From NCBI GenBank assembly GCA_030390025.1, contig JASTWF010000036.1, positions 372,001 through 436,000 of the forward strand: DNA of 64,000 bases. The letters run 5' to 3'. Source of the DNA: Squalus acanthias. Its lineage: Eukaryota. The notes under the pieces are model-generated. The model worked only from the letters and a program-made list of their open reading frames with translations, was not told where the DNA came from and ran no database searches. The translations under genes and the position numbers were made by a program. This document shows positions 23,147 to 36,470 of the stretch, piece by piece. The stretch's first letter is position 1. Each line of letters starts with the position of its first letter.

Positions 23147-26100
23147 GAGAGAGCGAGCGCGAGCCAGAGAGAGAGAGAGAGCGAGCGCGAGCCAGAGAGA
23201 GAGAGAGAGCGAGCGCGAGCCAGAGAGAGAGAGAGCGAGCGCGAGCCAGAGAGAGAGAGAGAGCGAGCGCGAGCCAGAGAGAGAGAGAGAGAGCGAGCGC
23301 GAGCCAGAGAGAGAGAGAGAGAGAGAGCGAGCGCGAGCCAGAGAGAGAGAGAGCGAGCGCGAGCGCGAGCCAGAGAGAGAGAGAGAGCGAGCGCGAGCCA
23401 GAGAGAGAGAGAGAGCGAGCGCGAGCCAGAGAGAGAGAGAGAGCGAGCGCGAGCCAGAGAGAGAGAGAGCGAGCGCGAGCCAGAGAGAGAGAGAGAGCGA
23501 GCGCGAGCGCGAGCCAGAGAGAGAGAGAGAGCGAGCGCGAGCCAGAGAGAGAGAGAGAGAGCGAGCGCGAGCCAGAGAGAGAGAGAGAGAGAGAGCGAGC
23601 GCGAGCCAGAGAGAGAGAGAGAGCGAGCGCGAGCGCGAGCCAGAGAGAGAGAGAGAGAGAGCGAGCGCGAGCCAGAGAGAGAGAGAGAGCGAGCGCGAGC
23701 CAGAGAGAGAGAGAGAGCGAGCGCGAGCCAGAGAGAGAGAGAGAGCGAGCGCGAGCCAGAGAGAGAGAGAGCGAGCGCGAGCGAGAGAGAGAGAGAGCGA
23801 GAGCGAGCGCGAGCGCGAGCGCGAGCGAGAGAGAGAGAGAGAGCGAGCGCGAGCCAGAGAGAGAGAGAGAGCGAGCGCGAGCCAGAGAGAGAGAGAGAGC
23901 GAGCGCGAGCCAGAGAGAGAGAGAGAGAGAGAGCGAGCGCGAGCCAGAGAGAGAGAGAGAGAGAGCGAGCGCGAGCCAGAGAGAGAGAGAGAGAGAGAGC
24001 GAGCGCGAGCCAGAGAGAGAGAGAGAGCGAGCGAGCGCGAGCGAGAGAGAGAGAGAGAGAGCGAGCGCGAGCCAGAGAGAGAGAGAGAGCGAGCGCGAGC
24101 CAGAGAGAGAGAGAGAGAGCGAGCGCGAGCCAGAGAGAGAGAGAGAGCGAGCGCGAGCCAGAGAGAGAGAGAGCGAGCGCGAGCCAGAGAGAGAGAGAGA
24201 GCGAGCGCGAGCGCGAGCCAGAGAGAGAGAGAGAGCGAGCGCGAGCCAGAGAGAGAGAGAGAGCGAGCGCGAGCCAGAGAGAGAGAGAGAGCGAGCGCGA
24301 GCCAGAGAGAGAGAGAGAGAGCGAGCGCGAGCCAGAGAGAGAGAGAGAGCGAGCGCGAGCGCGAGCCAGAGAGAGAGAGAGCGCGAGCGCGAGCCAGAGA
24401 GAGAGAGAGAGCGAGCGCGAGCCAGAGAGAGAGAGAGAGCGAGCGCGAGCCAGAGAGAGAGAGAGAGCGAGCGCGAGCCAGAGAGAGAGAGAGAGAGAGA
24501 GCGAGCGCGAGCCAGAGAGAGAGCGAGCGCGAGCCAGAGAGAGAGAGAGAGCGAGCGCGAGCCAGAGAGAGAGAGAGAGCGAGCGCGAGCCAGAGAGAGA
24601 GAGAGCGAGAGCGAGCGCGAGCGAGAGAGAGAGCGAGAGCGAGCGCGAGCGCGAGCCAGAGAGAGAGCGAGCGCGAGCCAGAGAGAGAGAGAGAGCGAGC
24701 GCGAGCCAGAGAGAGAGAGAGAGCGAGCGCGAGCCAGAGAGAGAGAGAGAGCGAGCGCGAGCCAGAGAGAGAGAGAGAGCGAGCGCGAGCCAGAGAGAGA
24801 GAGAGAGCGAGCGCGAGCCAGAGAGAGAGAGAGAGCGAGCGCGAGCCAGAGAGAGAGAGAGCGAGCGCGAGCGAGAGAGAGAGAGAGCGAGCGCGAGCCA
24901 GAGAGAGAGAGAGAGCGAGCGCGAGCCAGAGAGAGAGAGAGCGAGCGCGAGCCAGAGAGAGAGAGAGAGCGAGCGCGAGCCAGAGAGAGAGAGAGAGCGA
25001 GCGAGAGCCAGAGAGAGAGAGAGAGCGAGCGAGAGCCAGAGAGAGAGAGAGAGCGAGCGCGAGCCAGAGAGAGAGAGAGAGAGCGAGCGCGAGCCAGAGA
25101 GAGAGAGAGAGAGCGAGCGCGAGCCAGAGAGAGAGAGAGAGAGCGAGCGCGAGCCAGAGAGAGAGAGAGAGCGAGCGCGAGCCAGAGAGAGAGAGAGAGC
25201 GAGCGCGAGCCAGAGAGAGAGAGAGAGAGCGAGCGCGAGCCAGAGAGAGAGAGAGCGAGCGCGAGCCAGAGAGAGAGAGAGCGAGCGCGAGCCAGAGAGA
25301 GAGCGAGCGCGAGCCAGAGAGAGAGAGAGAGAGCGAGCGCGAGCCAGAGAGAGAGAGAGAGAGAGCGAGCGCGAGCCAGAGAGAGAGAGAGAGAGCGAGC
25401 GCGAGCCAGAGAGAGAGAGAGAGAGAGAGCGAGCGCGAGCGCGAGCCAGAGAGAGAGAGAGAGAGAGCGAGCGCGAGCCAGAGAGAGAGAGAGAGAGCGA
25501 GCGCGAGCCAGAGAGAGAGAGCGAGCGCGAGCCAGAGAGAGAGAGAGAGAGAGCGAGCGCGAGCCAGAGAGAGAGAGAGAGAGAGCGAGCGCGAGCCAGA
25601 GAGAGAGAGAGAGAGCGAGCGCGAGCCAGAGAGAGAGAGAGAGAGCGAGCGCGAGCCAGAGAGAGAGCGAGCGAGCGCGAGCCAGAGAGAGAGCGAGCGC
25701 GAGCCAGAGAGAGAGCGAGCGCGAGCCAGAGAGAGCGCGAGCGCGAGCCAGAGAGAGCGCGAGCGCGAGCCAGAGAGAGAGCGAGCGCGAGCCAGAGAGA
25801 GAGCGAGCGCGAGCCAGAGAGAGAGCGAGCGCGAGCCAGAGAGAGAGCGAGCGCGAGCCAGAGAGAGAGCGAGCGCGAGCCAGAGAGAGAGCGAGCGCGA
25901 GCCAGAGAGAGAGCGAGCGCGAGCCAGAGAGAGAGAGAGAGCGAGCCAGAGAGAGAGAGAGAGAGAGCGAGCCAGAGAGAGAGAGAGAGAGAGCGAGCCA
26001 GAGAGAGAGAGAGAGAGAGAGCGAGCCAGAGAGAGAGAGAGAGAGAGAGCGAGCCAGAGAGAGAGAGAGAGAGAGAGCGAGCCAGAGAGAGAGAGAGAGA

Positions 26101-26715
26101 GCGAGCCAGAGAGAGAGAGAGAGAGAGAGCCAGAGAGAGAGAGAGAGAGCCAGAGAGAGAGAGAGAGAGAGAGCCAGAGAGAGAGAGAGAGAGAGAGCCA
26201 GAGAGAGCCAGAGAGAGAGAGAGAGAGAGAGCCAGAGAGAGAGCCAGAGAGAGAGCCAGAGAGAGAGCCAGAGAGAGAGCCAGAGAGAGAGCCAGAGAGA
26301 GAGAGAGCCAGAGAGAGAGAGAGCCAGAGAGAGAGAGAGCCAGAGAGAGAGAGAGCCAGAGAGAGAGAGAGCCAGAGAGAGAGAGAGCCAGAGAGAGAGA
26401 GAGCCAGAGAGAGAGAGAGCCAGAGAGAGAGAGAGCCAGAGAGAGAGAGAGCCAGAGAGAGAGAGAGCCAGAGAGAGCCACAGAGAGAGCCACAGAGAGA
26501 GCCAGAGAGAGCGAGAGCCAGAGAGAGCGAGAGCCAGAGAGAGCGAGCGAGAGCGAGAGCCAGAGAGAGCCAGAGAGCCAGAGCCAGAGCCAGAGAGAGA
26601 GAGAGAGCCAGAGAGAGAGAGAGAGAGAGCCAGAGAGAGAGAGAGAGCCAGAGAGCCAGAGAGAGAGAGCCAGAGAGAGAGAGAGAGCGAGCCAGAGAGA
26701 GAGAGAGAGAGAGAG

Positions 26716-26749
<34 letters not shown>

Positions 26750-27013
26750 AGAGAGAGAGAGAGAGCCAGAGAGAGAGAGAGCCAGAGAGAGAGAGAGCCA
26801 GAGAGAGAGAGAGCCAGAGAGAGCCACAGAGAGAGCCACAGAGAGAGCCAGAGAGAGAGCGAGAGCCAGAGAGAGCGAGAGCCAGAGAGAGCGAGCGAGA
26901 GCGAGAGCCAGAGAGAGCCAGAGAGCCAGAGCCAGAGCCAGAGAGAGAGAGAGAGCCAGAGAGAGAGAGAGAGCCAGAGAGAGAGAGAGAGCCAGAGAGC
27001 CAGAGAGAGAGAG

Positions 27014-27051
<38 letters not shown>

Positions 27052-27451
27052 AGAGAGAGCGAGAGCCAGAGAGAGCGAGAGCCAGAGAGAGCGAGAGCCA
27101 GAGAGAGCGAGAGCCAGAGAGAGCGAGAGCCAGAGAGAGCGAGAGCCAGAGAGAGCGAGAGCCAGAGAGAGCGAGAGCCAGAGAGAGCGAGAGCCAGAGA
27201 GAGCGAGAGCCAGAGAGAGCGAGAGCCAGAGAGAGCGAGAGCCAGAGAGAGCGAGAGCCAGAGAGAGCGAGAGCGAGAGCCAGAGAGCCAGAGCCAGAGA
27301 GAGAGAGAGAGAGCCAGAGAGAGAGAGAGAGAGCCAGAGAGAGAGAGAGAGAGAGAGCCAGAGAGAGAGAGCGAGAGAGCCAGAGAGAGCGAGAGAGAGA
27401 GCGAGAGAGAGAGCGAGAGAGAGAGCGAGAGAGAGAGAGAGAGCGAGAGAG

Positions 27452-27496
<45 letters not shown>

Positions 27497-27545
27497 CAGA
27501 GAGAGAGAGAGAGAGAGAGAGAGCCAGAGAGAGAGAGAGAGAGAG

Positions 27546-27579
<34 letters not shown>

Positions 27580-27759
27580 AGAGAGAGCCAGAGAGAGCGA
27601 GAGCCAGAGAGAGCGAGAGCGAGAGCCAGAGAGAGCCAGAGCCAGAGAGAGAGAGAGAGCCAGAGAGAGAGAGAGAGAGAGAGAGAACCAGAGAGAGAGA
27701 GAGCCAGAGAGAGAGAGAGAGCCAGAGAGAGAGAGAGAGCCAGAGAGAGAGAGAGAGAG

Positions 27760-27793
<34 letters not shown>

Positions 27794-27930
27794 AGAGAGA
27801 GAGAGAGAGAGAGAGCCAGAGAGCCAGAGAGAGAGAGAGAGAGAGAGAGCCAGAGAGAGAGAGAGAGAGAGAGCCAGAGAGAGAGAGAGAGAGAGAGAGA
27901 GCCAGAGAGAGAGAGAGAGAGAGAGAGCCA
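23147..27930. repeat. 4.8-kb compound (GA)n satellite with gcgagcgcgagcca or gcca spacers
   Basis: The plus strand has no T as far as I can read; units are (ga)n-gcgagcgcgagcca changing to (ga)n-gcca. Confidence 0.95.
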
Positions 27931-28516
27931 GGCCTGCAATCTGCAACAGTCCAGAAGGCTGTTCTTTCGAGTCTGAGATCATTCCAAGACAGCAGGTCAC
28001 GTCTCAAAAGCTTTCCTCTTGCCAAAGACAAGACAGTTAATAATTCCAGCATCGGCTCTCGGGGATGGAAAAAAAAACAGAGGGAAAAAAAAATGGGTCA
28101 ATCACGACGAGAGCAGAGGAACGCAACGGAATTTCAGTACGATGGCAAATCACGGTGCCGACGACGACGCCTCTCTCGTTGCGCTCAAGCAGCGAAAACA
28201 TCTTGTGCGACATCTTTTTGCAATTTCTACCGTGCCCTTTTCGGGGGCGGGCGAGCGAGCGTTGGGGAAAACTGAACGTGTTTCTAATTATTCCAAGTAC
28301 AGAGTTTGGCTCGGACTGCCATCAGTATTGGACGGGAACAGCCAAGTCGAATTTAAACTCGACCCAGCTGCACATTTGCTGCCTGCACAATCCGGCACAA
28401 GCACTTCAACCCAACGCCAGATGACTCACGAAAGAAAAGTTACAAGCAGAATTAATTTTTTGGGGGGGTGGGGAAGGGAAGGTAACACCTCCGCCCACAC
28501 GCGCTAATCCCCCCCC

Positions 28517-28895
28517 CACTGCGTGACACACATGGCTGCAGTGCGCACCATCTCCAAGATGCACCGCAGCGACTCGCCGAGGCTTCTTCGGCAGCACCTC
28601 CCAAACCCGCGACCTCTTCCACCTAGAAGGACAAGGGCAGCAGGCGTATGGGAACACCGCCACCTCCAAGTTCCCCTCCAAGTCACGCTCACACCATCCC
28701 GACTTGGAAATATATCGGCCGTTCCTACATCGTCACTGGGTCAAAATCCTGGAACTCCCTCCCTAACAGCAACCTTCACCACACGGACTGCAGCGGTTCA
28801 AGGCAGCTCACCACCACCTTCTCAAGGGGCAATTAGTGGACGGGCAATAAATGCTGGCCTTGCCAGTGACGCCCACCTCCGAGAATGAATTAAAA
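28517..28895 (+). mobile_element. Second LINE family (CR1/Jockey group), 3' end
   Basis: MHRSDSPRLLRQHLPNPRPLPPRRTRAA, same family as 54968-55775. Confidence 0.75.
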
Positions 28896-29029
28896 ACCGC
28901 TTTGCAAACTAATGCACTGTTTTTCTCTGGGGCAGGTGGAGACAGAAAGAATCAGTCACGTTTGCCAACAGGTTTCAGTCCCCCCCCCCCCACCAAACCA
29001 ACCAGACCGCTCCTCGCAACGACTCAATA

Positions 29030-30195
29030 GAAGATCTCGCATTGATACGGCGCCTTTCGCCACCGCAAGACGCCCCAAAGCGCATCACAGCCGATGGAGA
29101 ACTTTTTTTTGTTTCGATGTGTAGTCACTGTCTTTCGGATGAGACGTTAAACCGAGGCCCCGTCTGCTCTCTCAGGTGGACGTAAAAGATCCCACGGCCC
29201 ACCATTTCGAAGAAGTGTAAGGGAGTTATCCCCAGTGTCCTGGGGCCAATATTTATCCCTCAATCAACATCACTAAAACAGATGATCTGGTCATTTATCA
29301 CATTGCTGTTTGTGGGAGCTTGCTGTGCGCAAATGGCTGCTGCGTTTCCTACATTACAACAGTGACCACACTTCAAAAAGTACTTCATTGGCTGTAAAGC
29401 ACTTTGAGACGTCCTGAGGTTGTGAAAGGCGCTGGAGAAATGCACGTCTTTCTTTCTAATGTGGGAAACGCGGCAGCCAATTTGCACACAGCAAGCTCCC
29501 ACAAACAGCAATGTGATGAATGACCAGATAATTTTTTTTTTTTAAGTGATGTTGACCGAGAGATAAATATTGGCCCAGGACACCGGGGAGAACTCCCCTG
29601 CTCTTCCAATTCTGGCCACGGAATCTTTTACATCCACCTCAGAGGGCAGACGGGCTCATCAGAGAGATCGACCCTCCAACAGTGCGGCGCTCCCTCAGTA
29701 CTGCCCCTCCGACAGTGCGGCGCTCCCTCAGTACTGCCCCTCCGACAGCGCGGCACTCCCTCAGTACTGCCCCTCCGACAGTGCGGCGCTCCCTCAGTAC
29801 TGCCCCTCCGACAGTGCGGCGCTCCCTCAGTACTGCCCCATCTACAGTGTGGCACTCCCTCAGTACTGCCCCTCCAAGAGCGCGGCACTCCCTCAGCACT
29901 GCCCCTCCGAAAGTGCGGCACTCCCTCAGCACTGCCCCTCCGAAAGTGCAGCCTCAGTACTGCCCCTCCGGCAATGCAACGCTCCCTCAGCACTGCCTCT
30001 CCGACAGTGCAGCGCTCCCTCAGCACTGCCCCTCCGGCAATGCAGCGCTCCCTCAGCACTGCCCCTCCGACAGTGCAGCGCTCCTTCAGCACTGCCCCTC
30101 CGACAGTGCAGCGCTCCTTCAGCACTGCCCCTCCGACAGTGCAGCGCTCCTTCAGCACTGCACTGGGAGCGTCAGCCAAGATAATGTGCTCACGT
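29030..30195. mobile_element. Cluster of three Deu-SINE pieces in alternating orientation (minus 29030-29131, plus 29131-29457, minus 29458-30195 with minisatellite)
   Basis: SINE core and tail sequences read on alternating strands. Confidence 0.75.
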
Positions 30196-30819
30196 TCCTC
30201 CTGACCTGTTCTTTTGGTGAAACTAAGGGATCAACAGCAATAAAGCTCACATCAAAACAAGTGAAGCCAACTGCTAGTATAATTCCGTGCTCAAAACGCG
30301 TAATTTTATGGAAGTCGTCATTTTTTTTTTTTAAAACAACAAATTTAATTTCACAAATCTTTGGCTGGCATCACAAAATAGGGGCATGTCCTTAACAATA
30401 TCCTGGCTCCTTTGCTAGGATAGACTGGATCCACGCCTGCAGCTCTGTTGTGCAACAGTCTAGTGTGCGCAGATCAGATGTCTCCATTCACTTTGGAAAG
30501 TAAAATCATTGAACGAAACTGCAGGAATCCAAAATTTTTTATTTTTTTTTTCAAGCCAGCCATTTACTGTGTCTGTAGCACATCCTGTTGTGGTGTACTC
30601 TGCACAATCCAAAGTGGAGCTGTACCAACTAAAAAAAAAAATCCTGCGTACTTTTCTTTGTTTTGTCCCGACATTACAAGACGAACCCTTTCCCATTATT
30701 CTGTCACTGTGTCGGACAAGCAGTCTGACAATTTAGACACCGTGGAGGGGTCGTCTGTCTGTGTCGACTACTATCTCTCCCGCACCAACAAAACAGAGGA
30801 ATTATAGAGAGATGTCTCG

Positions 30820-31200
30820 CTGCGCGGTGCCATCTTCCGGGTGTGACGTTAAACCGAGAACCCGTCTGCCCCCCCAGGTGAGCGCAAAAGAACCCGCGGC
30901 CACTATCTCGAAGAGCCGCCGGGGGGGGGGGGGGGAGGGGGGGCGCGGGGGGAGAAAGAGTTCTTCCCGGTGTCCCGGGACCAATATTTATCCCTCAACC
31001 AGCATCACTGAAATAAAAAAGAACCACAGATGATCTGGTCATTTATCACGCTGTTTGCGGGAGCTTGCTGTGCGCAAATTGGCTGCCGCGTTGCCCCACG
31101 TTACAACAGCCACCACGCTACAGAAGGACTTCATCTGGCATGGAAGGCGCTTTGGGGGCTTCCCGCGGCGGTGAAAGGCGCCGGAGAAACGCAAGTCTCT
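30820..31200 (+). mobile_element. Diverged Deu-SINE core and tail
   Basis: ggtgccatcttccgggtgtgacgttaaaccgag...tgaaaggcgccggagaaacgcaagtc. Confidence 0.7.
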
Positions 31201-31284
31201 CGGGTCTTATTTCGATCGTGATCCGTGATACAGCAGGGATAGCGCGGGAGAGAGATAGCAAATCGACAGACAAACGACCCCCTC

Positions 31285-32665
31285 CACGGTGTCTAAATCG
31301 TCAGACTGCTTTGTCCGACACACAGTTCTGGATGAGCAAAAAATTTCTCCCAATTAAATATTGGGAAGACCGAAGCCCGTTGTTTTCGGTCCCCGCCACA
31401 AACTCCGTTCCCTAGCCACTGACTCCATCCCTCTCCCGAACAACGGTCTGAGGCTGAACCACACTGTTCGCAACCTTGGTGTCATACTGGACCCTGAAAT
31501 GAGCTTCCGACCACATATCCGCAGCATAACAAAGACCGCCTACTTCCACCTCCGTAACATCGCCCCGTCTCCGCCCTTACCTCAGTTCATCCGCTGCTGA
31601 AACCCTCATCCACGCCTTTGTCACCTCTAGACTTGACTATTCCAATGCTCTCCTGGCCGGCCTCCCACATTCCACCCTTCGTAAACTTGAGGTCATCCAA
31701 AACTCGGCTGCCCCGTGTCCTAACTCGCACCAAGTCGCGTTCGCCCATCACCCCTGTGCTCGCTGACCTACATTGGCTCCCGGTTAAGCAGCGCCTCAAT
31801 TTCAAAATTCTTATCCTTGTTTTCAAATCCCTCCATGGCCTCCTCAACCCTCCCTATTCTCTGTAACCTCCTCCAGCCCCCGACAACCCTCCCTATCTCT
31901 GTAACCTCCTCCAGCCCCCGACAACCCTCCCTATCTCTGTAACCTCCTCCAGCCCCCGACAACCCTCCCTATCTCTGTAACCTCCTCCAGCCCCCGACAA
32001 CCCTCCCTATCTCTGTAACCTCCTCCAGCCCCCGACAACCCTCCCTATCTCTGTAACCTCCTCCAGCCCCCGACAACCCTCCCTATCTCTGTAACCTCCT
32101 CCAGCCCCCGACAACCCTCCCTATCTCTGTAACCTCCTCCAGCCCCCGACAACCCTCCCTATCTCTGTAACCTCCTCCAGCCCCCGACAACCCTCCCTAT
32201 CTCTGTAACCTCCTCCAGCCCCCGACAACCCTCCCTATCTCTGTAACCACCTCCAGCCCCTACAACCCTCCCTATCTCTGTAACCTCCTCCAGCCCCCGA
32301 CAACCCTCCCTATCTCTGTAACCTCCTCCAGCCCCCCACCACCCCCGAGATATCTGCTCTCCTCTAATTCTGTCCTCTTGAGCATCCCCGATTATAATCG
32401 CTCCACCATTGGTGGCTGTGCCTTCTGTTGCCTGGGCCCTAAGCTCTGGAATTCCCTCCCTAAACCTCTCCACCTCGCTACCCCTCTCTCCTCCTTTAAG
32501 ACGCTCCTTAAAACCCACCTCTTTGACCAAGCTTTTGGTCACCTGTCCCTAATATCTCCTTATATGGATCGGTGTCAAATTTTTTGTCTTAAAATACTCC
32601 CGTGCAGCGCCTTGGGCCGTTTTACTACATTAAAGGCGCAATATAAATACAAGTTGTTGTTGTTG
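31285..32665 (+). mobile_element. L2 LINE 3' fragment with an internal 38-bp minisatellite
   Basis: VRNLGVILDPEMSFRPHIRSITKTAYFHLRNIA, HAFVTSRLDYSN and ITPVLADLHWLPVKQRLNFKI. Confidence 0.85.
31851..32337 (+). repeat. 38-bp L2-derived minisatellite, about 13 copies
   Basis: Unit ccctatctctgtaacctcctccagcccccgacaaccct. Confidence 0.9.
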
Positions 32666-32819
32666 GAGGGACACCATTTTACAGTTTCTTTCAACCACCA
32701 CACGTTAAATCAATAATTAAATGCTTTCAATCTACCATTGCTGACGGCAGTTTCTACTTTATCGACACTGGCTTCCCCCATCAGCAACCTGTGGCTCCCA
32801 GAACTAGAAGTGGCAATGT

Positions 32820-33390
32820 GACAGTGCGGCGCTCCCTCAGTACCGCCCCTCCGACAGTGCGGCGCTCCCTCAGTACTGCCCCTCCCACAGTGCAGCGCTC
32901 CCTCAATACCGCCCCTCCGACAGTGCGGCGCTCCCTCAGTACCGCCCCGACAGTGCGGCGCTCCCTCAGTACTGCCCCTCCGACAGTGCGGCGCTCCCTC
33001 AGTACCGCCCCGACAGTGCGGCGCTCCCTCAGTACCGCCCCTCCGACACTCCCTCAGTACTGCCCCTCCGACACTCCCTCAGTACCGCCCCTCTGACAGT
33101 GTGGCACTCCCTCAGTATTGCCCCCTCCGACAGTGCGACACTCCCTCAGTACTGCCCCTCCGACACTCCCTCAGTACCGCCCCTCTGACAGTGTGGCACT
33201 CCCTCAGTATTGCCCCCTCCGACAGTGCGGCGCTCCCTCAGTACTGCCCCTCCGACAGTGCGGCGCTCCCTCAGTACTGCCCTGGAGTGTCAGCTTGCAT
33301 TTTTGTGCTCAGGTCCCTGAAGTGGGACCTGAACCCACAACCTTCTGACTCAGAGGCGAGGGTGCTACCAACTGAGCCACAGCCGACACC
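32820..33390 (-). mobile_element. Deu-SINE head plus degenerate minisatellite
   Basis: Reverse-complemented tRNA head at about 33285-33390; 33-bp units with internal deletions. Confidence 0.8.
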
Positions 33391-34309
33391 GAGGAGAAAA
33401 AAATTGCAGGGATATGGGGAAAAGAGCAAGGGGGGAAAATGGGACTAACTGGGTCGCTCTTCGAAAGAGCCGGCGCAGACTCGATGGCCCGCACGACCTC
33501 CTTCTGTGCTGTACTATTCTACAATTTACCCATTTCCATCTCGCTCAACTCAAACTGAAAGTAATGCAGACAAACGATTCTCCCTGGGGAAAGGCCCCCA
33601 GAAAAGCCCTTTTCCTATCAGCACATTTCCTGCGTCAGCTTAACTCAATTATTGACTTTTTCTTAACAAGGTTTTGCAGCCTGATCAACAATGAAGATTA
33701 GCACTGATATGCGCACCCAATGTAAACACTCTCTTACTGCACAGCTGCACTTTGCGATTTGCAAAGTTCCAACTTTGTCCGCAAGGCTTAACTACTTTAC
33801 GCAGACTCTGTGCTGCGGGGTCCTGGTCATCAACGGGAGATAAGACCACAGACTTCTGTCTAAAAATCATCGCATCCTGCGCGCACGCAAAGTTACCTTC
33901 AAACTGCACTGGTGAATTCAAGTCTGACCAATTGAAAACTGCGGCACAGAATTTTTAAACAAGTTAAAAACTTTTTAGCTGGCTGTTGAAGAATCCAACC
34001 TGACTTTGTCCTAACCGCGATTCATCGAAGTTAAAATTTCTTGCGCTAATTACAACCTGTCTGCCCGGCGAGTCTTTCAACTGTTGGTGGGAAGGGCAGC
34101 AGACCAGAGCGCAGTCATCCCACCGGGCAGTTCGGAAGACAGCAACCCACGAGACGGAAACTTAAGTGATATTATTTTTAAAAAGGCTGAATTAAATCAA
34201 TCAGTTACAGGTACAGTTCATAAGAGTTGGTTTCCCCTTGCCCCCAGGAAAAGGGGAGGGGGGAATTAAGAGGAGGAGAGAGCAAGACCCAAAAATATAC
34301 ATCATTGCC

Positions 34310-34870
34310 ACCTTATCCCCATATTCCCTTCGTGTCCAAAAATCGATCGATCTCTTGTCTTGAATATACTCAACGACTGAGCATCCACAGCCCTCTGGGC
34401 TGGAGAATGCCAGAGATTCACCACCCTCTGAGCGAAGAAATTCCTCCTCATCTCCGTCCTAAATGGCCAGCCTCTTATCCCGAGACTGTGCCCCCTGGTT
34501 CTAGACACTCCAGCCACGGGGGAAACAGCCTCAGCATCTACCCTGTCAAGCCCTCTCAAAATTTTATACGTTTCAATGAGATCGCCTCTCATTCTTCTAA
34601 ACTCCAGAGTGTGTGCAGGGTCATTCTACTCAATCTCTCCTCATAGGACAGCCCCTCTCATCCCAGGGATCAGTCTGGTGAACCTTCGTTGCACCCACTT
34701 TAAGGCAAGTAGATCCTTCCTGGGGTAAGGAGACCAAAAACTGTGCACAGTACTCCAGGCGTGGTCTCACCCGAAGCCCTACATAACTGCAGCAAGACCT
34801 CCTTACTCTTAGACACCAACCCCCTTGCCATAAAGGCGAACACACCATTTGCCTTGCTAATGTGCTTGCT
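34310..34870 (-). mobile_element. CR1 LINE fragment
   Basis: MRGDLIETYKILRGLDRVD...RRNFFAQRVVNLW. Confidence 0.8.
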
Positions 34871-35506
34871 GTATCTGCGTGTTAACTGTGTGATTCGGGG
34901 AGAGTGCGACCCACTAAGACGTGGCTGCATGTCAAAGTTGTCACAAAAAAAAAATCGAGACACACATAAATTACTAACGCACTCTCATCGATCTAGAAGG
35001 GGCTGCTTTTATACAGCGATTTACTTGTACTTCCTGCAATTTAGTATACTGTATTCGCTGCTCACGATGTGGTCTCCTCTACATTGGGGAGACCAAACGC
35101 AGATTGGGTGACTGCTTTGCGGAACACCTCCGTTCAGTCCGCAAGGGGGACCCCGAGCTGCCGGTGGCCTGTCACTTTAATTCTCCGCTCCACTCCCACT
35201 CTGACCTCACAGTCCTCGGCTTATTACACTGTTCCACGGAAGCGCAGCGTAAGCTCGAGGAACAGCACCTCATCTTTCGTTTAGGCACTTTACAGTCCTC
35301 TGGACTCTACATCGAGTTCAACAATTTTAGATCATAACCTCAGCCCCCGTCACATTTATATTTTTTCATCCACCCTTTTGTTTGGCCCCCCCCACCCGAG
35401 CTGGCAGCTGTCCTTCATTCTGCCAGTGCATTTCACACTTCTTTTAGCCTCAACCTGTTACATTAACACCTCCTCTTGCCTTGAATATCTCTTAATGTCT
35501 CTCAAT

Positions 35507-36376
35507 GAGGGAAAAATTCAGTTGGTTGCGCCTCCCGTTAGCGCCTTAAGAGGGCGCAAAGCATCTAGCGCCCAGGCTCGCGAAATTAACCAGACATTTT
35601 GCAGCGGCGCTAAACACTACCGCCACGATCTCCTGCGCCGGCAGATCATGACGTCACTCGAGTGCGCAACGCCCCGGTATCGCCCCGGTATCGCCCCGGA
35701 GCGGATATTGAGTGGCGCCCCCTGCCTTACGCTAGCAACGACAGGTTGAGGGGAGCGTTCTGCAGTCATGAAGGGAAAGGGGGAGCGCTATTTAAAGGTG
35801 ACCGCTTCCTGCCTTTTATTGTTGGTGCCATTTTTGAACCACGCATTCTGAGAGAGAGAGAGAGGGAGAGACTTCTGGAGAGATTCAACGTTGTGTGAAG
35901 GAGTTTTGGGTACTGAGCAGCACTTTGCAGGTTCATTTTGATTTGCCATTCCTTGTATCGATTTGGAAGAGACTGTAGGGGCTGCACTCTGAGCTCTTTG
36001 CTTGGTACTCTCCATTGTTCTTTCAAGCAGATTTGATGTGCAGGTCTCTCCAGGCCGAGATTCAAGGCTGCAATGAGCAGGATGTGGATGGAAAGCAAGA
36101 TTAACCATCCCCTTTAAGAACTGGCCCGTGCCATTGTGTGTGTGTTCCATTGCTGACTGACATTACATGAGCTTCGCCAGCGCTCTGAGGTAGCGCCTCG
36201 CTCCTCGGCCTTTGCGCCTTAAGACAGGTGTGAAGCGCTTGATATAGCGCTGCAATCACCTCCAGGGGCGATAAAAGTCAAGTTTGCAGTCGGTGGCGAT
36301 AATTAGCGCCAGGCGCTAATCTTTGCGCCCGGCCGATAATTGCGCCCCAAATGGGGCGATACTGAATTTCTCCCCC
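35507..36376. mobile_element. Non-autonomous TIR DNA transposon, copy 2
   Basis: Ends gagggaaaaattcagt and actgaatttctccccc; collinear with 9657-10465. Confidence 0.7.
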
Positions 36377-36470
36377 ACTGTCTCTTAATCTCTCCTTTTG
36401 TTCTTTCGTCCCCTCCCCCTTTTCCCAGCTTTATCCTTGCTTTGAATCTATTTCATTTCCTGCTTTTTTC

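Noticed and set aside
23087..28052. ORFs of about 1600 aa on both strands
   Set aside because: The GA satellite has no T on plus and no A on minus, so stop codons cannot occur; the translation is low-complexity.
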